Of a stretch of 35,856 nucleotides of DNA, positions 33,073-35,856 are shown in pieces. Numbering within the stretch: position 1 is the stretch's first letter; each line of letters starts with the position of its first letter. The position numbers were made by a program, and so were the translations under genes. The stretch lies in IMG/VR virus record IMGVR_UViG_3300027518_000004. The stretch is one strand, 5' to 3'. The DNA is from a virus. The notes below the pieces were generated by a model. It did not search any database. It was not told where the DNA came from and saw only the letters and a list, made by a program, of their open reading frames with translations.

Positions 33073-34653
33073 ATGGCCGCAATTATAACAGATAATTTAA
33101 GAATCGCTAGAGCAAAAAATTTTGTATCTACTGCGTCTTCTTCAAATTATTATAGTTTTATAGGGTTGCCAAACCCGACAGAATATGCTTCTAATTGGAA
33201 TGAATCTCCATTAGTTCCAAAAGATAGTTTTGAGCAAGAATTATCTTATTGGGACACGATGATTGCCCTTAAAAAAATATATCCCACAGATATAAGACAA
33301 GCTGTAAGGAAAATAAAGTGGGAAAGTGGAATAATTTATGATATGTATAGGCATGATATCACCAGGGACAATGTATCAAAGCCTTCAGGTGCGACTAGTT
33401 TATATTCTTCAAATTTTTATGTTGTAAATAGTAACTATCAAGTTTATGTATGCTTATATAATGGGGTATCCCCTGAAAATCAAAATGGTCGCCCTTCCCA
33501 GTTTGAACCAACATTTACTGATTTAGAACCAAGAACAGCTGATATTGGCTCAGATGGCTATATTTGGAAATATTTGTTCACTTTAAACGCAACAGATATT
33601 GTAAAATTTGATAGCGTAAATTTTATCCCAGTGCCGATGAATTGGGGAGAGGATGGTCAAACTTCTCTTATAAAAAATAATGCTACCACAAGTGGACAAA
33701 TAAAAACTTGTGTTATAAAAAACAGGGGTAATTATGAAAATGTTTCAGGTGTAAGAAACCGAACTTTCTCTAATATTCCAATACGCGGAGATGGTTCTGG
33801 CGCACTTGTCTCGGTTTCATTTAATGATAATGCTGAAGTAGAAAATATCTTTGTCACTAATGGTGGAAGCAATTATACTTACGGTACAGTAGATCTTATA
33901 GCTGGCGGGCTATCTGCTCCTACAACAAATCCAGTTTTTGACGTTATTATCCCTCCAAAAGGGGGCCATGGGTTTGATGTTTATCGTGAACTTGGAGCAT
34001 TCTATGTTTCGGTATATTCTAGAATAGAGAATGATTTAGAAAATCCAGATTTTATAACTGGTAATGAAATTGCTAGAATTGGAATAGTAGAAAATCCAGA
34101 AAAGTTTAATTCTACCGATTTACTTAATGGCGACAAAGTGAGTGCATTGTCTGCTATAAAACTCGTTGGTATAACCAATTCAAATGATTATCAGGCAGCT
34201 AGTTTCACTCCAGATTCTTTTATAACTCAAACTGTGGGAACTGGGGTTACTGCAGTCGGAAGGGTTATATCATATGATAAGAATACTGGGATTTTAAAAT
34301 ATTGGCAGGATAAAACTCTAGTTGGTTTTGCAACTACTGGAGGACAAGCACAAGCAAATTATGGATTCAATCTTCAAAAATTTACGGCATCTCCGTCAAG
34401 TGGAGGCAGCCTAATTATTTCTGGTGGCAGTATTAATTTAAATATTGATGCTGGTTTTGGATCAACCGTAACTCCAGGTATAACTACAGTGATAAATAAT
34501 AAGACATACAAACTAGGGCAATCTTTTATTAATGGAATTTCAAACCCTGAGGTTAAAAAATATTCAGGAAATATTATATACGTTGATAATAGACCAGCTA
34601 TTACTAGATCTCAAAATCAAAAAGAAGACATTAAAGTAATTCTACAATTTTAA
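33073..34653 (+). CDS. gp8: Baseplate wedge subunit gp8
   Basis: MAAIITD, VYVCLYN, DGYIWKYLF, KYSGNIIYVDNR.AITRS..QKEDIKVILQF. Confidence 0.93.
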   Translation: MAAIITDNLRIARAKNFVSTASSSNYYSFIGLPNPTEYASNWNESPLVPKDSFEQELSYWDTMIALKKIYPTDIRQAVRKIKWESGIIYDMYRHDITRDNVSKPSGATSLYSSNFYVVNSNYQVYVCLYNGVSPENQNGRPSQFEPTFTDLEPRTADIGSDGYIWKYLFTLNATDIVKFDSVNFIPVPMNWGEDGQTSLIKNNATTSGQIKTCVIKNRGNYENVSGVRNRTFSNIPIRGDGSGALVSVSFNDNAEVENIFVTNGGSNYTYGTVDLIAGGLSAPTTNPVFDVIIPPKGGHGFDVYRELGAFYVSVYSRIENDLENPDFITGNEIARIGIVENPEKFNSTDLLNGDKVSALSAIKLVGITNSNDYQAASFTPDSFITQTVGTGVTAVGRVISYDKNTGILKYWQDKTLVGFATTGGQAQANYGFNLQKFTASPSSGGSLIISGGSINLNIDAGFGSTVTPGITTVINNKTYKLGQSFINGISNPEVKKYSGNIIYVDNRPAITRSQNQKEDIKVILQF

Positions 34654-34658
34654 TTATT

Positions 34659-35856
34659 ATGCCACAAGAAACTAATTTAAATGTATCCCCTTATTTTGAT
34701 GATTTTAATGTAGATAACAATTACTACAAGGTTTTATTTAAACCAGAATATCCAGTTCAAGCAAGAGAACTAACTGGGCTGCAGTCAATATTACAAAATC
34801 AAATTGAGCAATTTGGAAATCATATATTCAAAGAAGGGTCAGTCGTAATTCCAGGGCAACCTTCAGTTGATATTCCATTTCCTGCAGTTGAGATTGAGCC
34901 AGATTTTAATGGAATACCGATTTCTGCATATTTTAATAGAATTTTAGGTAAAAGATTAAGGGGATCTTTAAGTGGCGTAAGTGCAAAAGTAGTTTATGTT
35001 TTAGACCAATCATTATCTGAAAGAGGAACTTATACTTTATATCTGCAATATCTTGAAAGTGGCGGCGAAAATCTAGAAAATAAAACATTTTTTAGTGGCG
35101 AATCTCTAATTACAGAAAATCCTATAGAATATTCAAATTTTACTATACAATCAGGGCAATCTATTTGCAATACTATTGCTGAAAATGCGACTTCTGATGG
35201 ATCGTCTTTTAAAGTAGCAAGCGGAGTCTACTTTATAAGAGGTATTTTTGCTAAGGTACAAAATCAAAGAATACTTTTAGACCAATATGGAGTTACTCCT
35301 AGTTATAAAATTGGCTTTAATGTCATAGAAAGAATTGTAGATGCGTTTCAAGACGAATCTTTATACGATAATTCTCAAGGATTTTCTAATTATGCGGCTC
35401 CTGGTGCTGATAGATTTCAGCTTGAGTTGGAATTAGCAAAATATGATCTAGATGAAGATCCAGATAATTTTGTAGAAATAGCTCAGGTTGTTAATGGTTC
35501 ACTCCAAGTTCTCAATAAGAATCCTCAGTATAGTTTAATTAGAGATGAATTAGCAAGAAGAACTGCTGAAACTAACGGTGATTATTATGTAAAACCATTT
35601 ACTTTATTCGTAAGAGATTGTCTAAACGATAGAACATTAAATAATGGAATTTACTTTGAAGATCAAAAAACTGTAAACGGTAATACTCCTTCAGAAGATG
35701 TAATGGTTTACGAGATAGGCCCAGGAAAAGCCTATGTCAAAGGTTACGATGTTGAAAAAATTTCACCTACCCTATTAGAAGTACCTAAAACAAGGCAAAC
35801 CCTGACTAAAGAAAATCAAGTAATTTCATATGACGCTGGGCAACTAGTAAGCCTTA
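34659..35856 (+). CDS. VrlC/DUF4815-like large tail/baseplate protein, truncated by the window end
   Basis: Manual translation MPQETNLNVSPYFDDF..YYKVLFKP..PVQARELTGLQSILQNQIEQFG; APGADR and PGKAYVKGY further on; no stop seen before the window end. Confidence 0.88.
   Translation, partial: MPQETNLNVSPYFDDFNVDNNYYKVLFKPEYPVQARELTGLQSILQNQIEQFGNHIFKEGSVVIPGQPSVDIPFPAVEIEPDFNGIPISAYFNRILGKRLRGSLSGVSAKVVYVLDQSLSERGTYTLYLQYLESGGENLENKTFFSGESLITENPIEYSNFTIQSGQSICNTIAENATSDGSSFKVASGVYFIRGIFAKVQNQRILLDQYGVTPSYKIGFNVIERIVDAFQDESLYDNSQGFSNYAAPGADRFQLELELAKYDLDEDPDNFVEIAQVVNGSLQVLNKNPQYSLIRDELARRTAETNGDYYVKPFTLFVRDCLNDRTLNNGIYFEDQKTVNGNTPSEDVMVYEIGPGKAYVKGYDVEKISPTLLEVPKTRQTLTKENQVISYDAGQLVSL

Overview
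This window comes from a T4-like (myovirus) phage, almost certainly a cyanophage, and has four parts. (1) 1-545: an AT-rich, strand-skewed non-coding stretch followed by tRNA-Ile(UAU) and tRNA-Leu(UAA). (2) ~550-12550: an early-gene array of mostly small + strand ORFs, including a GP88-like protein, a DUF2786 protein, a UvrD/Rep helicase and a cyAbrB-like fusion. The ORFs are separated by a modular intergenic unit present 12 times, plus one inverted copy. Each unit reads: hairpin, T-rich tract, conserved ~40-bp GCAGG...CC(T/C)GC element, variable leader, leftward extended -10 promoter, exchangeable transcription-factor boxes (NtcA, LysR-type or a GTGNCA palindrome), rightward extended -10, GGGA..TCCC leader, start codon. 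The leftward promoter points at a non-coding element with no ORF behind it. This multi-copy, differentially regulated antisense RNA/element array is the most unusual feature of the window. (3) 12.6-19.1 kb: a late region with a glycosyltransferase-like gene, a double-HNH homing endonuclease, small conserved proteins, and six probable capsid-internal proteins. Four of these carry a T4-type MKTYKQFxxE capsid-targeting peptide, and two look like ADP-ribosyltransferase and GNAT enzymes. (4) 19.1-35.9 kb: baseplate/tail genes gp25, gp6, gp7, a further virion protein, gp8 and a truncated VrlC/DUF4815-like gene. All calls come from reading the sequence by eye; no database searches were run.
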